Of a DNA stretch of 64,000 nt, positions 17,298 through 27,250 are shown piece by piece; positions within the stretch are counted from its first letter, which is position 1, and each line of letters starts with the position of its first letter. Source of the stretch: Candidatus Saccharimonadota bacterium (GTDB taxonomy: Bacteria; Patescibacteriota; Saccharimonadia; Saccharimonadales; JAQGHD01); the NCBI GenBank assembly GCA_028288965.1, contig JAQGHD010000023.1, positions 7,249-71,248 of the forward strand. The letters are read 5' to 3'. The notes beneath the pieces are model-generated. The model saw only the letters and a list, made by a program, of their open reading frames with translations. It ran no database searches and was not told the origin of the DNA. The position numbers were made by a program, and so were the translations under genes.

Positions 17298-20200
17298 ATG
17301 AGTAACCCTAAAGGTTCGAAAAAGAGTGGACGCTCGAGGGTGTCTCGCACGAGTTTTACGACTCGAAGTGGGAATAACATCAAAATTAACCGCGGTCTGA
17401 GTCAGCGCTTGCGCTCTAGTCGCGAAGCCAAGGCCCAGCGCAAGGCTGAGCGGATGATCGGCATGCCAAAATCTCGGCTCAAACGACTGCTTTACAGATT
17501 GCAGCCAAGACGTTTAGCCAACTACTGGTTTAGTCGCGAAGGGGGCATCATGGCCCTTAAGATTATTGGTATAGGTATTGCCGCTGGATTCCTGATACTG
17601 GTTGGCTTATTTGCTTACTTTCGAAAAGATTTGCCAAAACTTAACGATGTTTCTGGGGGGAATATTGGTGGCAGCATTAGTTATTATGATCGTACCGGTA
17701 AAGTGTTGCTCTGGCAAGATTACGATGCCGTAAAACGTATTCCCGTCCAAGGCGGCGATATTTCTCAATCCCTAAAAGACGCTACCGTAGCCGTAGAAGA
17801 CAAAGACTTCTTTAAACACGGAGGGTTTGACGTGCGTGGTATTGCCAGAGCCGGTGTCCATAACGTCGTGGGTCACGGCGGCACCCAAGGTGGCTCGACA
17901 ATCACCCAACAGCTGGTCAAGTTAACCCAGAACTGGACCCAGCAACGCTCCGTGAGCCGAAAGGTTAAAGAGTTAATTATTGCTATTGAATTGGAACGCG
18001 AATACTCCAAGCAGCAAATCTTGGCCGGCTATCTCAATGTGGCGCCGTATGGAAATATTGAGTACGGAGCCCAAGCCGCAGCGAACGATTACTTTCATAA
18101 ATCTGCTAAAGATCTGTCACTGGATGAAGCGGCATTCTTGGCAGCTATTCCTAAATCGCCTTCTTACTACTCACCGTACGGCGCGGTCTACAAACAAGAT
18201 CCAGCCAGCGCCAACAAAGACCTTGTGGACCGGCAGCACTATATCTTGGACCTTATGGTGCAGCAGCACATGATCAACAAGCAACAGGCTGATGACGCTA
18301 AAAAGGTGGACATTGTGGCCAAGATTCAGCCGCAGTCGGCTAAATACGCTAACATTCAATACCCTTACTTTGTTCTGACAGCTAAAAAAGAGCTCGAAAA
18401 CAAGTACGGTACGCAAACGGTAAATCGCGGCGGCTGGAAAGTTATTACTACCCTTGATAAAAATCTCCAGGACAAATCAGAGAAGCTGGTGGCCGATAAC
18501 CTAAGTTATGTCCAACGATACCATGCCGATGAAGAAGCCATGGTTGGCGAGGATGTCCAAACCGGTCAGATCGTGGCCTTGGTTGGCGGCACTAACTTTA
18601 GTGATCCGGATCACGGACAAAACAATTTTGCCAGCGGCATTTTGTTGCCACCAGGCTCGAGTTTTAAGCCCTATGACTACACTACTCTGATAGAAAACAA
18701 TAATAATGTAGGGGCCGGTTCGGTACTCTTTGACAGCGAGGGAGTCTTACCAGGCTACCCATGTAGCAACAAGGCGTTACCGAAAAATGGTGGTAACTGT
18801 CTGAAAGATTACGACTTTTTGCAACCGGGACCGCTATCGCTTCGATACGCGCTGGGTGGTTCACGTAACATTCCAGCCGTGAAAGCCATGCTGTCATCTG
18901 TGCCAAACGATAAATCTGATAGTCGAACAGCCTCCGTAAACAAGGTCATAAGTACCGCTTCAGCCATGATGGCAAACCCATACGTGAGCGGCAACACCTA
19001 TAATTGTTACGCGGATGAAGCTCTCACCAAAACTACGCAATGTTATGGTGCCTCGGCCATTGGCGATGGTGCTTTCTTGCACCTTGACGATCACGTCAAC
19101 GGATTAAGTACCCTTGGCCGATTGGGGAATGCCATACCTAAAACCTACATACTGAAGATAACTGATGCTGCCAACAAGGTAGTTAACCAGTGGGCACAAC
19201 CAAAAGGTAAGCAAGTTATTCGTCCGGACACGGCTTACATCATTGATGATATGGCCTCTGATCCCAGAGCCAGCTATTTGCCGGGAAACTGTAGCGATAC
19301 CAGCTGTCCAGCGACGACTCGTGGCTATAAGTTCCATCGTTTTAACGGCTGGAAATTTGCTATAAAAACCGGTACGACTAACGACGGCTACGATGGGCTT
19401 ATGACAAGTTGGTCCTCAAAATATGCAGTCGTTACTTGGGTGGGCAATCACACCAGGCACGTTTCGCTTACGACTTCCATGGAAAATATGACAGGACCGC
19501 TCACGAGAGGCTTCATGGAGGCTGCCCACACCAACTTAAAGCCGCAAAACTGGGTACAGCCAACCAGTATAAAAAGTCTGCCAGCCTTTATCGTGCGTAA
19601 TCATATTCATTATGGCGATCAAGAGCCAAGCCCGACCAACGATCTCTTCCCTTCTTGGTACCAGCCAAAGAGCACCAGCAATAGCACCCAAACACTTGAT
19701 AAGATCTCTAATAAGGTTGCCACCAATTGTACGCCTAGCTTAGCTAAGGATAATGCAGCCAATAGCAATGCTAATACTTGGAATGTTGATATCTTCCATG
19801 GTGGCACGACCTCAGCCGGTACCACGGCCACTACTTCAACAAATGATACGGACGATGTGCATAATTGTGGTGATCTAAAACCGGGTATTTCCTTGAGTGC
19901 GTCTGGTAATACCATGGTAGCCAGCATTATTCAAGGAACACATCCGCTCGCCGGCAATACCGACAAAGGTGCTGGAAAAGTTAATTTCATAGCCAACGGC
20001 CAGGTTATTCAATCTATTAACATAGTCGACGGCCAATCAAGCTACACCCTAACTAGTACCAGTGGCCTGAGCGGCGACGTGCCCATAACTGCTCAAGTAA
20101 TTGATAGCGTCTTGTATGACGCAACCTCAGATAGTGTAACCGCAAATTTTTCTCCCAGTCCAGTCGCAACAGGCCCAACGATAACCGGCATCAGCGGCGG

Positions 20201-20396
20201 GGGCAGTAGCTGGACATTTAATTGGTCGGGTGGTATTAGCCCAGTAACCATTTATAGGCAGGATACCAATGTAGTGCTGTGTTCGAGCCCAGGCACGAGT
20301 TGTACATATACCCACACGGTACCAGGTGGCACAAAAGCCTATGCTCAAGACAATAATGGAACTAAGTCACCAGCAGTGACCATTGCACCCTTCTAG
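17298..20396 (+). CDS. Class A penicillin-binding protein (glycosyltransferase GT51 + transpeptidase) with long terminal extensions
   Basis: The 1032-aa ORF begins with a basic cytoplasmic tail and one TM (IIGIGIAAGFLILVGLFAYF). GT51 motifs EDKDFFKHGGFD and GGSTITQQLVK are present, as are transpeptidase motifs SSFKP (SxxK), SRN and KTGTT. A Ser/Thr/Gly-rich C-terminal region of about 270 aa follows. Confidence 0.9.
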   Translation: MSNPKGSKKSGRSRVSRTSFTTRSGNNIKINRGLSQRLRSSREAKAQRKAERMIGMPKSRLKRLLYRLQPRRLANYWFSREGGIMALKIIGIGIAAGFLILVGLFAYFRKDLPKLNDVSGGNIGGSISYYDRTGKVLLWQDYDAVKRIPVQGGDISQSLKDATVAVEDKDFFKHGGFDVRGIARAGVHNVVGHGGTQGGSTITQQLVKLTQNWTQQRSVSRKVKELIIAIELEREYSKQQILAGYLNVAPYGNIEYGAQAAANDYFHKSAKDLSLDEAAFLAAIPKSPSYYSPYGAVYKQDPASANKDLVDRQHYILDLMVQQHMINKQQADDAKKVDIVAKIQPQSAKYANIQYPYFVLTAKKELENKYGTQTVNRGGWKVITTLDKNLQDKSEKLVADNLSYVQRYHADEEAMVGEDVQTGQIVALVGGTNFSDPDHGQNNFASGILLPPGSSFKPYDYTTLIENNNNVGAGSVLFDSEGVLPGYPCSNKALPKNGGNCLKDYDFLQPGPLSLRYALGGSRNIPAVKAMLSSVPNDKSDSRTASVNKVISTASAMMANPYVSGNTYNCYADEALTKTTQCYGASAIGDGAFLHLDDHVNGLSTLGRLGNAIPKTYILKITDAANKVVNQWAQPKGKQVIRPDTAYIIDDMASDPRASYLPGNCSDTSCPATTRGYKFHRFNGWKFAIKTGTTNDGYDGLMTSWSSKYAVVTWVGNHTRHVSLTTSMENMTGPLTRGFMEAAHTNLKPQNWVQPTSIKSLPAFIVRNHIHYGDQEPSPTNDLFPSWYQPKSTSNSTQTLDKISNKVATNCTPSLAKDNAANSNANTWNVDIFHGGTTSAGTTATTSTNDTDDVHNCGDLKPGISLSASGNTMVASIIQGTHPLAGNTDKGAGKVNFIANGQVIQSINIVDGQSSYTLTSTSGLSGDVPITAQVIDSVLYDATSDSVTANFSPSPVATGPTITGISGGGSSWTFNWSGGISPVTIYRQDTNVVLCSSPGTSCTYTHTVPGGTKAYAQDNNGTKSPAVTIAPF

Positions 20397-20399
20397 CCT

Positions 20400-21374
20400 T
20401 TAACGGGTAGTTTGGGAGCTCACGTGACTGTCAATGGCCTTCACAAGTTCTTGCTCTTCTAATGCGATAGCGTTGCGGGCCGAAACTACTGAATTATATT
20501 GGGCGACCAATTGTTTATCTCGGGCAACACCTGAATTATATTGTTTAACCTTGTCATTAAAGCTGGCTACGCCGGAGTTATAACTATCGTACTGTCCAGA
20601 AGCCAACAAGCTATCAAGTCGCTTTCGGTCAGCGCTCAAAGATTGTTCAGTACTGGTGAGTTGGCTTTCTAGGCCGTCGATTTGATTTTTTAAGGCAGTG
20701 AGTTGCTGGTCGTACTTTAAGATTTGGTTTTTACGTTCGGTAAAGACTGCCTGGTACTGCTCAGCATAGCCCACGATTTTGGCGCGGTCGGAAAAGAATT
20801 GCTTATAGTGCGTCTCAAGCTCAGGCGTGAGCGTTCGTACCTCAGTGCCTAAAATAGAATGAAGCTCATTGGGTACAACTGATGAATCCCGTTTGCGGTA
20901 CTGTTCAATAACTGACTTTAATCGTTCGTCGGTTGAGCTATTATAAACGGCTAGGAGCTCGGCATTGAGCTTGTCTTTATCGGAACGGCTAAAACGATCA
21001 TAGGCAGCGTGGAGCATCTCGTGAGCCGCGGTGACCTGTTCCACGCCACTCAGCCGGCTATCGGTCACGTCATACAAGTAAATGCCCTGGCCGCTGACAA
21101 AACAGCCCAGTACGATGGTTTGCTCGCTGACCGAACAATGTTGATTGAAGATGGTTTTATTAGACTCTATATCCGGATGGTTTACGTAAAATAGCTTCTG
21201 GCCATAGCCACTCATGGTGGTGTCGGCAGCCAAGCTGGCTACTCTGGCCGGCGCCTGGTAGTTGCGCAGTCGCCACCAGTCAAAGATGTTTTGACGCTGC
21301 CATAAAAAACCTGCCAACACCGCCAAAAATAGCATAGTCGAAGTGAGGGATCCGGTTCTTTTTGGTTGAGCCAT
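20400..21374 (-). CDS. Membrane-anchored HExxH protein with C-terminal coiled coil (function unknown)
   Basis: The 324-aa ORF has an N-terminal TM (MLFLAVLAGFLW) and an HEMLH motif (AAHEMLHAAYD). Its C-terminal third has heptad-like sequence and three copies of a QYNSGVA-like repeat. Confidence 0.6.
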   Translation of the reverse strand: MAQPKRTGSLTSTMLFLAVLAGFLWQRQNIFDWWRLRNYQAPARVASLAADTTMSGYGQKLFYVNHPDIESNKTIFNQHCSVSEQTIVLGCFVSGQGIYLYDVTDSRLSGVEQVTAAHEMLHAAYDRFSRSDKDKLNAELLAVYNSSTDERLKSVIEQYRKRDSSVVPNELHSILGTEVRTLTPELETHYKQFFSDRAKIVGYAEQYQAVFTERKNQILKYDQQLTALKNQIDGLESQLTSTEQSLSADRKRLDSLLASGQYDSYNSGVASFNDKVKQYNSGVARDKQLVAQYNSVVSARNAIALEEQELVKAIDSHVSSQTTR

Positions 21375-21403
21375 AGCAGAATTATAAGCTATTTTGGCAA
21401 AAT

Positions 21404-23893
21404 TTAGCTGACAGGTGTCTCTTCTTGAACATTCTGGTAGATTAGTTCATCTTCCCTGGCACTTACTTTCACCACATCACCCCGCTCGTAACCGTTTTCC
21501 AGTAGACCCAAGGCAATATGATCCTCTAGTGTGTCTTGAATCAGGCGACGCATGGGCCGTACCCCGTTATGTGAGTCATAGCCCTTGTCTAGTAAGTAAT
21601 GCTTAGCAGCTGGCGTGGCTTGCAAGCCCAAGCCCTTTTTTAGAAGTCGCTGACGCAGTTCATCCAGTTGCAGGTCCAAGATCCTTAGCACATCTTTTTG
21701 CGTCAAGGCACGGAAGACCACTACCTTATCTATACGGTTCAGCAGCTCCGGGCGCATCATTTTCTTAAGTTCATCCTGGACTTTGTCTCGGTTAATAGCG
21801 TGTAAGCTGTCCAGGTCTTTCAAATCCTTGGCGTCGGTGGCATGGAAGCCTAAGGACGCTTCTTTTTGGAGCTTTTCTGCTCCAATGTTGCTAGTCATGA
21901 TCACAATAGTGTTAGTGAAATCGATCTTACGGCCCTTAGCGTCGGTGAGCACGCCGTCTTCTAGGATCTGCAGGAGCATGTTAAAGACTTCTGGGTGTGC
22001 TTTCTCGATCTCATCAAATAGCACCAGGCTGTAGGGTTGCCGGCGGATTTTATCGGTCAGCTGCCCGCCGTCATCGTAACCGACATAGCCGGCTGGCGCA
22101 CCAACCAAGCGGGCCACAGTGTGACGCTCAGACAATTCACTCATATCAATCTTGACCAGTGCTTCATCGGAGCCAAAGAATTCACGGGCTAGAACCCGGG
22201 CCAGTTCAGTCTTGCCGACACCGGTCGGGCCAAGGAATATTAACGAACCGATTGGTCGTTTTTCACTACCAATTCCGGAGCGGTTACGGCGGATGGCCTT
22301 AGATACGGCACTGACTGCCTCGCTTTGGCCAATAACGTAACGGCCGAGGTTCTTTTCTAAGTTTACTAAGTACTTAGCCTCAGAACGGATAACTTTAGTG
22401 ACCGGCACACCGGTCATACGGGCCACAACTTCGGCAACGTGTTCGCTGGTTAGCACCAGACGCTTAGCACCCTTGCCGGCAGCCTGAAGGTCCTTGAGCT
22501 TGTCACTAATTTGACTAGCCCGAGTTTTGTAATGGGCGGCCCGCTCGTAATCCTCAGCCTCCGCAGCCTCTTCGCGGCGGGTATTAGCCAAGGCCAGTTC
22601 CTTCTGCAACTTACGCACGTCTGGCGAAGTTTTGCCTTTATCAACACGCAAGTAAGCAGCAGTTTCATCGAGTAAATCGATGGCTTTATCAGGCATGAAT
22701 CGGTCGTTGACGTAGCGCTTGGCTAGATCAACCGTGTCTTTTAGGACTTCGTCATTGACGCTGACGTTATGAAAATCTTCGTAGTGCTTACGTAAGCCTT
22801 TTAGAATGGCAAGGGTCTCTGGCACAGTAGTTTCGGGGACTTGAATAGGCTGGAAACGACGTTCTAGAGCAGCATCTTTCTCTATATGTTTAGTGTACTC
22901 AGCCGTTGTAGTGGCGCCAATGACTTGGATTTTGCCGCGTGCTAAAGCAGGCTTAAGAATATTACCAGCATCCATAGCACCTTCGGCAGCCCCGGCACCA
23001 ACAATCAGATGGAGCTCATCTATAAAGATAATAGTTTTATCATCATCTTCTAGCTCGGCCATGACTTTTTTAAGGCGCTCTTCGAACTCGCCTCGGTATT
23101 TTGTGCCAGCGATCATGCCAGCCAGGTCAAGCATGACAATACGCTTGTCTAATAAGCTATCAGGCACGTCTTCTGTGATGATGCGTTGAGCCAGTCCCTC
23201 TACGATGGCAGTCTTACCGACGCCCGGCTCACCAATAAGGACCGGATTGTTTTTGGTACGGCGGTTTAGGATGGTGATGACTCGCTTGATTTGCGCTTCT
23301 CGCCCCACCACTGGGTCTAGTTTATTCTCGCGAGCTTGGGCGGTTAGATCGGTACCAAAGAAATCAAGCGCTGTTTTGCGCTTCTTTTTGCTAGCACTAC
23401 GCTTAGTGGCGGTGTCGTTGTCGTCGTATTGTTGACGATTCAGGAACTGCTCCAGCTCAGTAGTCAGGTGATCGACGTCGACATTCATGTCACGCAGTAG
23501 CGTGGTGGCTCGGGCATTCTTCTGGTTCAAAATGCTATATAAGATGTGCTCGGTGCCACAGTAATCGTGACCAAAGTCTTGGGCAGTCTCATAGGCCATT
23601 CTAAGCGTTAGTTTGGCGGTTTCACTGAGGCCCTTAGCCCCTAGGTTTATGACCAACGTTTTAGGCGTTAGATTAAGCGCTAAACGCGCCCGATCAAGGG
23701 TCACCCCAATGCCTTCGAGCATTTTAGCGCCAATGCTACTGTCTTGAGCTAGCACCCCAAGCAGTAAATGTTCGGTGCCGACGTACGCACTGCCAAAGCT
23801 ACGAGCAATGGCATCAGCATGCTTCAGGCTTTGCAGAGCATTATCTGTTAAATGATTCAAAAATTCTTGGAATTCTGCTGAGTTAGGCATCAT
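21404..23893 (-). CDS. clpC: ATP-dependent Clp protease ATP-binding subunit ClpC-type (class I AAA+)
   Basis: The ORF has two Clp_N repeats ([10 protein letters not shown] and [10 protein letters not shown]) and two Walker A sites (GEPGVGKT and GPTGVGKT). Its short middle domain has a UVR-like segment ([18 protein letters not shown]), which marks it as ClpC-like rather than ClpB-like. The ORF track starts at TTG 23932. I prefer ATG 23893 or 23890 ([11 protein letters not shown]) on the basis of N-domain length and an upstream AAGGAAGGTGG. Confidence 0.9.
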   Translation of the reverse strand: MMPNSAEFQEFLNHLTDNALQSLKHADAIARSFGSAYVGTEHLLLGVLAQDSSIGAKMLEGIGVTLDRARLALNLTPKTLVINLGAKGLSETAKLTLRMAYETAQDFGHDYCGTEHILYSILNQKNARATTLLRDMNVDVDHLTTELEQFLNRQQYDDNDTATKRSASKKKRKTALDFFGTDLTAQARENKLDPVVGREAQIKRVITILNRRTKNNPVLIGEPGVGKTAIVEGLAQRIITEDVPDSLLDKRIVMLDLAGMIAGTKYRGEFEERLKKVMAELEDDDKTIIFIDELHLIVGAGAAEGAMDAGNILKPALARGKIQVIGATTTAEYTKHIEKDAALERRFQPIQVPETTVPETLAILKGLRKHYEDFHNVSVNDEVLKDTVDLAKRYVNDRFMPDKAIDLLDETAAYLRVDKGKTSPDVRKLQKELALANTRREEAAEAEDYERAAHYKTRASQISDKLKDLQAAGKGAKRLVLTSEHVAEVVARMTGVPVTKVIRSEAKYLVNLEKNLGRYVIGQSEAVSAVSKAIRRNRSGIGSEKRPIGSLIFLGPTGVGKTELARVLAREFFGSDEALVKIDMSELSERHTVARLVGAPAGYVGYDDGGQLTDKIRRQPYSLVLFDEIEKAHPEVFNMLLQILEDGVLTDAKGRKIDFTNTIVIMTSNIGAEKLQKEASLGFHATDAKDLKDLDSLHAINRDKVQDELKKMMRPELLNRIDKVVVFRALTQKDVLRILDLQLDELRQRLLKKGLGLQATPAAKHYLLDKGYDSHNGVRPMRRLIQDTLEDHIALGLLENGYERGDVVKVSAREDELIYQNVQEETPVS

Positions 23894-23997
23894 AATTTTC
23901 TTATACCCACCTTCCTTAGGGAAGACAGACAAACGTTATGTTTTCTGTACCCTTATTAAGTATAGCAAGCGCTCAAATGAAATATCTTGCTCTCTCC

Positions 23998-24026
23998 ATA
24001 ATAAAAAATTAGCACTCACTAGTCAA
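23998..24026 (-). promoter_or_regulatory. Candidate clpC promoter (TTGACT-N17-TATTAT) overlapping CIRCE
   Basis: The minus strand reads TTGACT (24026-24021), a 17-nt spacer, then TATTAT (24003-23998). The architecture is the same as at clpP. Confidence 0.55.
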
Positions 24027-24035
24027 GAGTGCTAA
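24009..24035 (-). promoter_or_regulatory. CIRCE element (HrcA operator-type inverted repeat) upstream of clpC
   Basis: The sequence TTAGCACTC-actagtcaa-GAGTGCTAA is an exact CIRCE consensus. It lies in the 136-nt nusA-clpC gap. Confidence 0.85.
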
Positions 24036-24068
24036 TTTAATGTCTGTCACGAACCCTTTAACGGCCCG

Positions 24069-25265
24069 TTACTCTGCAGGTTTGTCGTCGGTACCGTGCT
24101 CTTCAATGGCCTCAAGCAGGCTGTTTTCTAGTTCAGTCTTTTTCTTGAGCTTTTGGACCACTGGTTTGGCTTCGGCCTCAGGTTGTGACTGTTCTGGTTC
24201 AACGGCAGCTGGCACGGGAGCCTTTTCTGTCTCTGGCTTAATGTCAATGTCATAGCCTGTTAGCTTGCTAGCCAGACGGACATTCTGGCCGCTTTTGCCA
24301 ATAGCAATACTTAACTGATCTTCAGGCACAGTAACAATCGCCTTTTTGTTGGCTTGGTCTAAGGTTACCTGGCTGACTTTTGTGGGGCTTAAAGCATTAG
24401 TAATGAAGGGCTCTGAATTTTCGTCCCACACAATAATGTCAATTTTTTCTTGCTCGCCAATCTCGCTCATGACGGCGTTTACACGAGTTCCGTGACCACC
24501 AACAAAGGTACCAACCGGGTCAACACCCTGTACGGTACTGCTAACGGCAATTTTACTGCGTACGCCAGCTTCTCGGGCAATTTCTTTAATCTCCACAGCG
24601 CCGTTTTCCATTTCTGGCACCTCGGCCCTAAACAGCCACTCAATAAATTCAGTATTTCCGCGCGATACCACTAATTGTGGTCCACGAAAACCACGCTCTA
24701 CGTCCTTGAGAAAGACCTTGAGCCGTTGGCCTGGGTAGTAGCGCTCACCCTGAATTTGCTCGCTGGCTGGCATAATGCCCTGGGCTTTGCCAAGGTCAAT
24801 GCGCACAATCCGGCCCTCTACGCGAGCCACAATACCGTTAATGACAGTACCGATTTTATCCTCGTACTCCGCCATAACAATTTCTCGTTCGGCTTCGCGC
24901 AGCCGCTGCAAGATCACTTGTTTAGCGGTTTGTGCGGCTACTCGTCCAAATTTTTCTACTTTTTGCTCGATCTCCACCATGTCACCAACTTTGGCGTCGC
25001 TTTTGATCTTTTTAGCATCAGCCACGTTAATTTCAAAGTTTTCATCGCCAACTTCTTCTACCACTTCTTTTTCAATAAAGGCCGTAATGTCGCCAGTGTT
25101 GATATTCATAGTAATGCGTACTTCTTGCTCTCGATCGCCGTAATCACGGCGGTAGGCGGCCGCTAAGGCCTGTTCTACCACTTCTTGCACGGTATCTTCT
25201 GGGAGATTCTTTTCCTCGGCAATGGCTTTAAGCGCCAAGGCCAACTGTTTTACATCTAAGTCCAT
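24069..25265 (-). CDS. nusA: Transcription termination/antitermination factor NusA
   Basis: The 398-aa ORF has the NusA N-terminal domain, an S1 domain (GIVARVEGRIVRIDLGKAQGIMP) and two KH domains (IGKSGQNVRLASKLTG). The C-terminal tail is acidic and Pro-rich. Confidence 0.92.
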   Translation of the reverse strand: MDLDVKQLALALKAIAEEKNLPEDTVQEVVEQALAAAYRRDYGDREQEVRITMNINTGDITAFIEKEVVEEVGDENFEINVADAKKIKSDAKVGDMVEIEQKVEKFGRVAAQTAKQVILQRLREAEREIVMAEYEDKIGTVINGIVARVEGRIVRIDLGKAQGIMPASEQIQGERYYPGQRLKVFLKDVERGFRGPQLVVSRGNTEFIEWLFRAEVPEMENGAVEIKEIAREAGVRSKIAVSSTVQGVDPVGTFVGGHGTRVNAVMSEIGEQEKIDIIVWDENSEPFITNALSPTKVSQVTLDQANKKAIVTVPEDQLSIAIGKSGQNVRLASKLTGYDIDIKPETEKAPVPAAVEPEQSQPEAEAKPVVQKLKKKTELENSLLEAIEEHGTDDKPAE

Positions 25266-25346
25266 AATTATTTCCTTTCTATTTACGAGTTATTACAAGC
25301 CAAAGGCATGAAAAAAGTCGACCTGCTGGCCGACCGTATCAATCAA

Positions 25347-25375
25347 AGAATACTCTAGTACGGATTTGGTGTCAA
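25347..25375 (-). promoter_or_regulatory. Candidate nusA promoter (TTGACA-N17-TATTCT)
   Basis: On the minus strand, TTGACA lies at 25375-25370 and TATTCT at 25352-25347, with a 17-nt spacer. An AAAGGAAA Shine-Dalgarno precedes ATG 25265. Confidence 0.4.
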
Positions 25376-25549
25376 ACCCACCCGCATCCAGTAAATCTTG
25401 CAATATTTTGCAATCGAGTAGATAAAATTTACATACAGTCTATTTTATGCTGATGTAATTTGCTACAATGCATATGTTTTTGGCGCTCTTAATAAAGGTT
25501 TTGAACAGAACACCGTCAATACGTATACGCAAATTAATTTGTCATTCAT

Positions 25550-27250
25550 ATGAGTACAGCAAAAAATAAATTTTTATTCACAGCCTGGTGGATCAAGCAA
25601 ATTATTGTTTCGAGTATTATCGTAGCAATCTTGGGCTTTATTGTTTTTAACTTTTACATTCTGTCTTCGGTGATCAGTTTTGAAAAGTTTTTCTTTGTGT
25701 TTTTAATCATTTCTGGACTAACAGATGGTTTGTTTGTCCTTATTCATTTGCCACGTAGGTCCTTAAAACATAGCGGTTTTCAGTTTGATCCATCTAAGCT
25801 CACTATCGTCATTGCCTGCTACAACGGTGAGGATGTCATTCAAAAAACAATCGATCAAGCTATGCAACATGTGCCAGCAAAGCAAATCATAGTTGTCTCA
25901 GACGCCTCTACTGACAAAACAAGTGAGATTGCCAAGCAGGCTGGCGTGCGCGTGTTGGTTAACCAGCGAAATGTAAATAAGGCATTTAGCATTACCAGAG
26001 CCGTGCAGCACGTAATGACTCCGTATACCCTTATTCTTGATGACGATACTCTAATTGGCGATACCTTCATCCCGACCAGCTTGCTAGATGAAGGGTACAC
26101 CGCAGTAGCTTTCGACGTTATGCCTACATCTGAAAGCAGTATTATTAACCGTTTGCAGAGATATGAGTATAGAAAAAGTATGCAGCTGGGCAAAAACTTA
26201 CGAGCTAAAGTGGGGGCAATAGGCAACGTATCAGGTGCTATAGGCCTCTTCCATACCGAGGATCTAAAACGACAAACCAGATTGCATTCAGGTCAGTTTG
26301 GAGGTGAAGACGAACAGCGTACTATTTTGACCCATCTTTACAGTGACGGCAAAGGCATTGTGTTTAGTAACTCATTAGTTCTCACTAAAGCCCCCGATAC
26401 CTGGGCAAAGCTATTAAAACAAAGAGCTTTTAGCTGGAGCCTCTCACTGCCTGAGTTGCTATTTTTATACACGCGAATACTGTTCAGCCCCAATTACCAC
26501 TATCTACTCAAATCCGAAAAAGCTTACCAGCTTTATATCTTCTTAACTGATCCTCTACGCATTCTGCTTATTTGGGTCTTGTTGACCAGGCCTTCCAATA
26601 TCCTGGCAGCATACCTGTTCTATGTGGCTCTGTCTGCGATAGTTTGGGTTCGAACCAAATGTAAAGATCCGTGGTGGGTTGTGCTACTCTATCCTTTCTA
26701 TAGTCTCATCATCAGCCTCTGCAGATTTGCGGGCAATTTTTACTGGCTGAAACTTAAGGCTCGGGATATTTTCAAGGATAAGTTTTATCGGGTGGCTAAT
26801 CAGCGTAAGCTGCTGTTAGAATATGCCTTAGCATTGGTGGTGATTGGCTTTTTTTGGTTTAAAGCCATTACCCACTTTAATTCTGATATGTCTATTTTGA
26901 GTAAGATTCGATCAAGCCGACTTGAAGATAACAGCCAACAGTTTAATTATGAAAATGTTTCGCCGACCATCGTTCCTGGCGACAACAATGGCGACAACAT
27001 AATTCTACTCATTAACTCAAATGACAGTCTTAATACTATTGCTCATCGAGCCATAGACATTGTTTTAGCTCAGGATAGCAACCTGTCTGCTGCCGCTAGT
27101 AGTCGCCAACAAATTGATAGCCAGTTAGCTAGTACATTAAAGACCAGTGGCTTCTCGGTTTCTAATTCGTATATTAGTATTCCCAGGCAGTTAGTTCGAT
27201 CAGCTCTGGTTATACCAACTACGCCTGTTCAGGAAAATAAACTGCCATGA
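25550..27250 (+). CDS. Family 2 glycosyltransferase, processive membrane-embedded polysaccharide synthase type
   Basis: The 566-aa ORF begins with N-terminal TMs followed by a GT-A core (VIACYNGEDVI, VVSDASTDKT, ILDDDT). It has a GEDEQRT (ED) motif, a Q-R-A-F-S-W variant of the Q(Q/R)xRW motif, and then at least 4 more TM helices. The last ~130 aa form a soluble tail. Confidence 0.82.
   Translation: MSTAKNKFLFTAWWIKQIIVSSIIVAILGFIVFNFYILSSVISFEKFFFVFLIISGLTDGLFVLIHLPRRSLKHSGFQFDPSKLTIVIACYNGEDVIQKTIDQAMQHVPAKQIIVVSDASTDKTSEIAKQAGVRVLVNQRNVNKAFSITRAVQHVMTPYTLILDDDTLIGDTFIPTSLLDEGYTAVAFDVMPTSESSIINRLQRYEYRKSMQLGKNLRAKVGAIGNVSGAIGLFHTEDLKRQTRLHSGQFGGEDEQRTILTHLYSDGKGIVFSNSLVLTKAPDTWAKLLKQRAFSWSLSLPELLFLYTRILFSPNYHYLLKSEKAYQLYIFLTDPLRILLIWVLLTRPSNILAAYLFYVALSAIVWVRTKCKDPWWVVLLYPFYSLIISLCRFAGNFYWLKLKARDIFKDKFYRVANQRKLLLEYALALVVIGFFWFKAITHFNSDMSILSKIRSSRLEDNSQQFNYENVSPTIVPGDNNGDNIILLINSNDSLNTIAHRAIDIVLAQDSNLSAAASSRQQIDSQLASTLKTSGFSVSNSYISIPRQLVRSALVIPTTPVQENKLP

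Noticed and set aside
24675-25166. 163-aa and 122-aa plus-strand ORFs antisense to nusA.
   Set aside because: They lie fully inside the well-supported nusA coding region. Their composition is typical of antisense shadow ORFs.
25380-25410. Tandem TTGCAAT-ATT-TTGCAAT direct repeat in the nusA / GT2 divergent intergenic region as a possible operator.
   Set aside because: It is very short and AT-rich, occurs only once in the window, and matches no binding motif I know. It is insufficient to call.
25550-25800. Markedly AT-rich start of the GT2 gene as a sign of horizontal acquisition. Two 60-nt lines that I counted gave 21/60 and 18/60 G+C, against 32/60 in an rpoB line.
   Set aside because: This segment encodes Phe/Ile/Leu/Lys-rich TM helices, which by themselves lower GC. 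A line counted in the adjacent partner gene (27301-27360) gave 35/60 G+C. No integrase, tRNA junction or direct repeats flank the locus. I cannot support an island call without proper windowed statistics.
26646-26656. GGGTTCGAACC, a tRNA T-arm-like sequence.
   Set aside because: It lies inside the GT2 synthase coding frame (..VWVRTKC..). There is no flanking acceptor, D-arm or anticodon arm. It is just a short palindrome.
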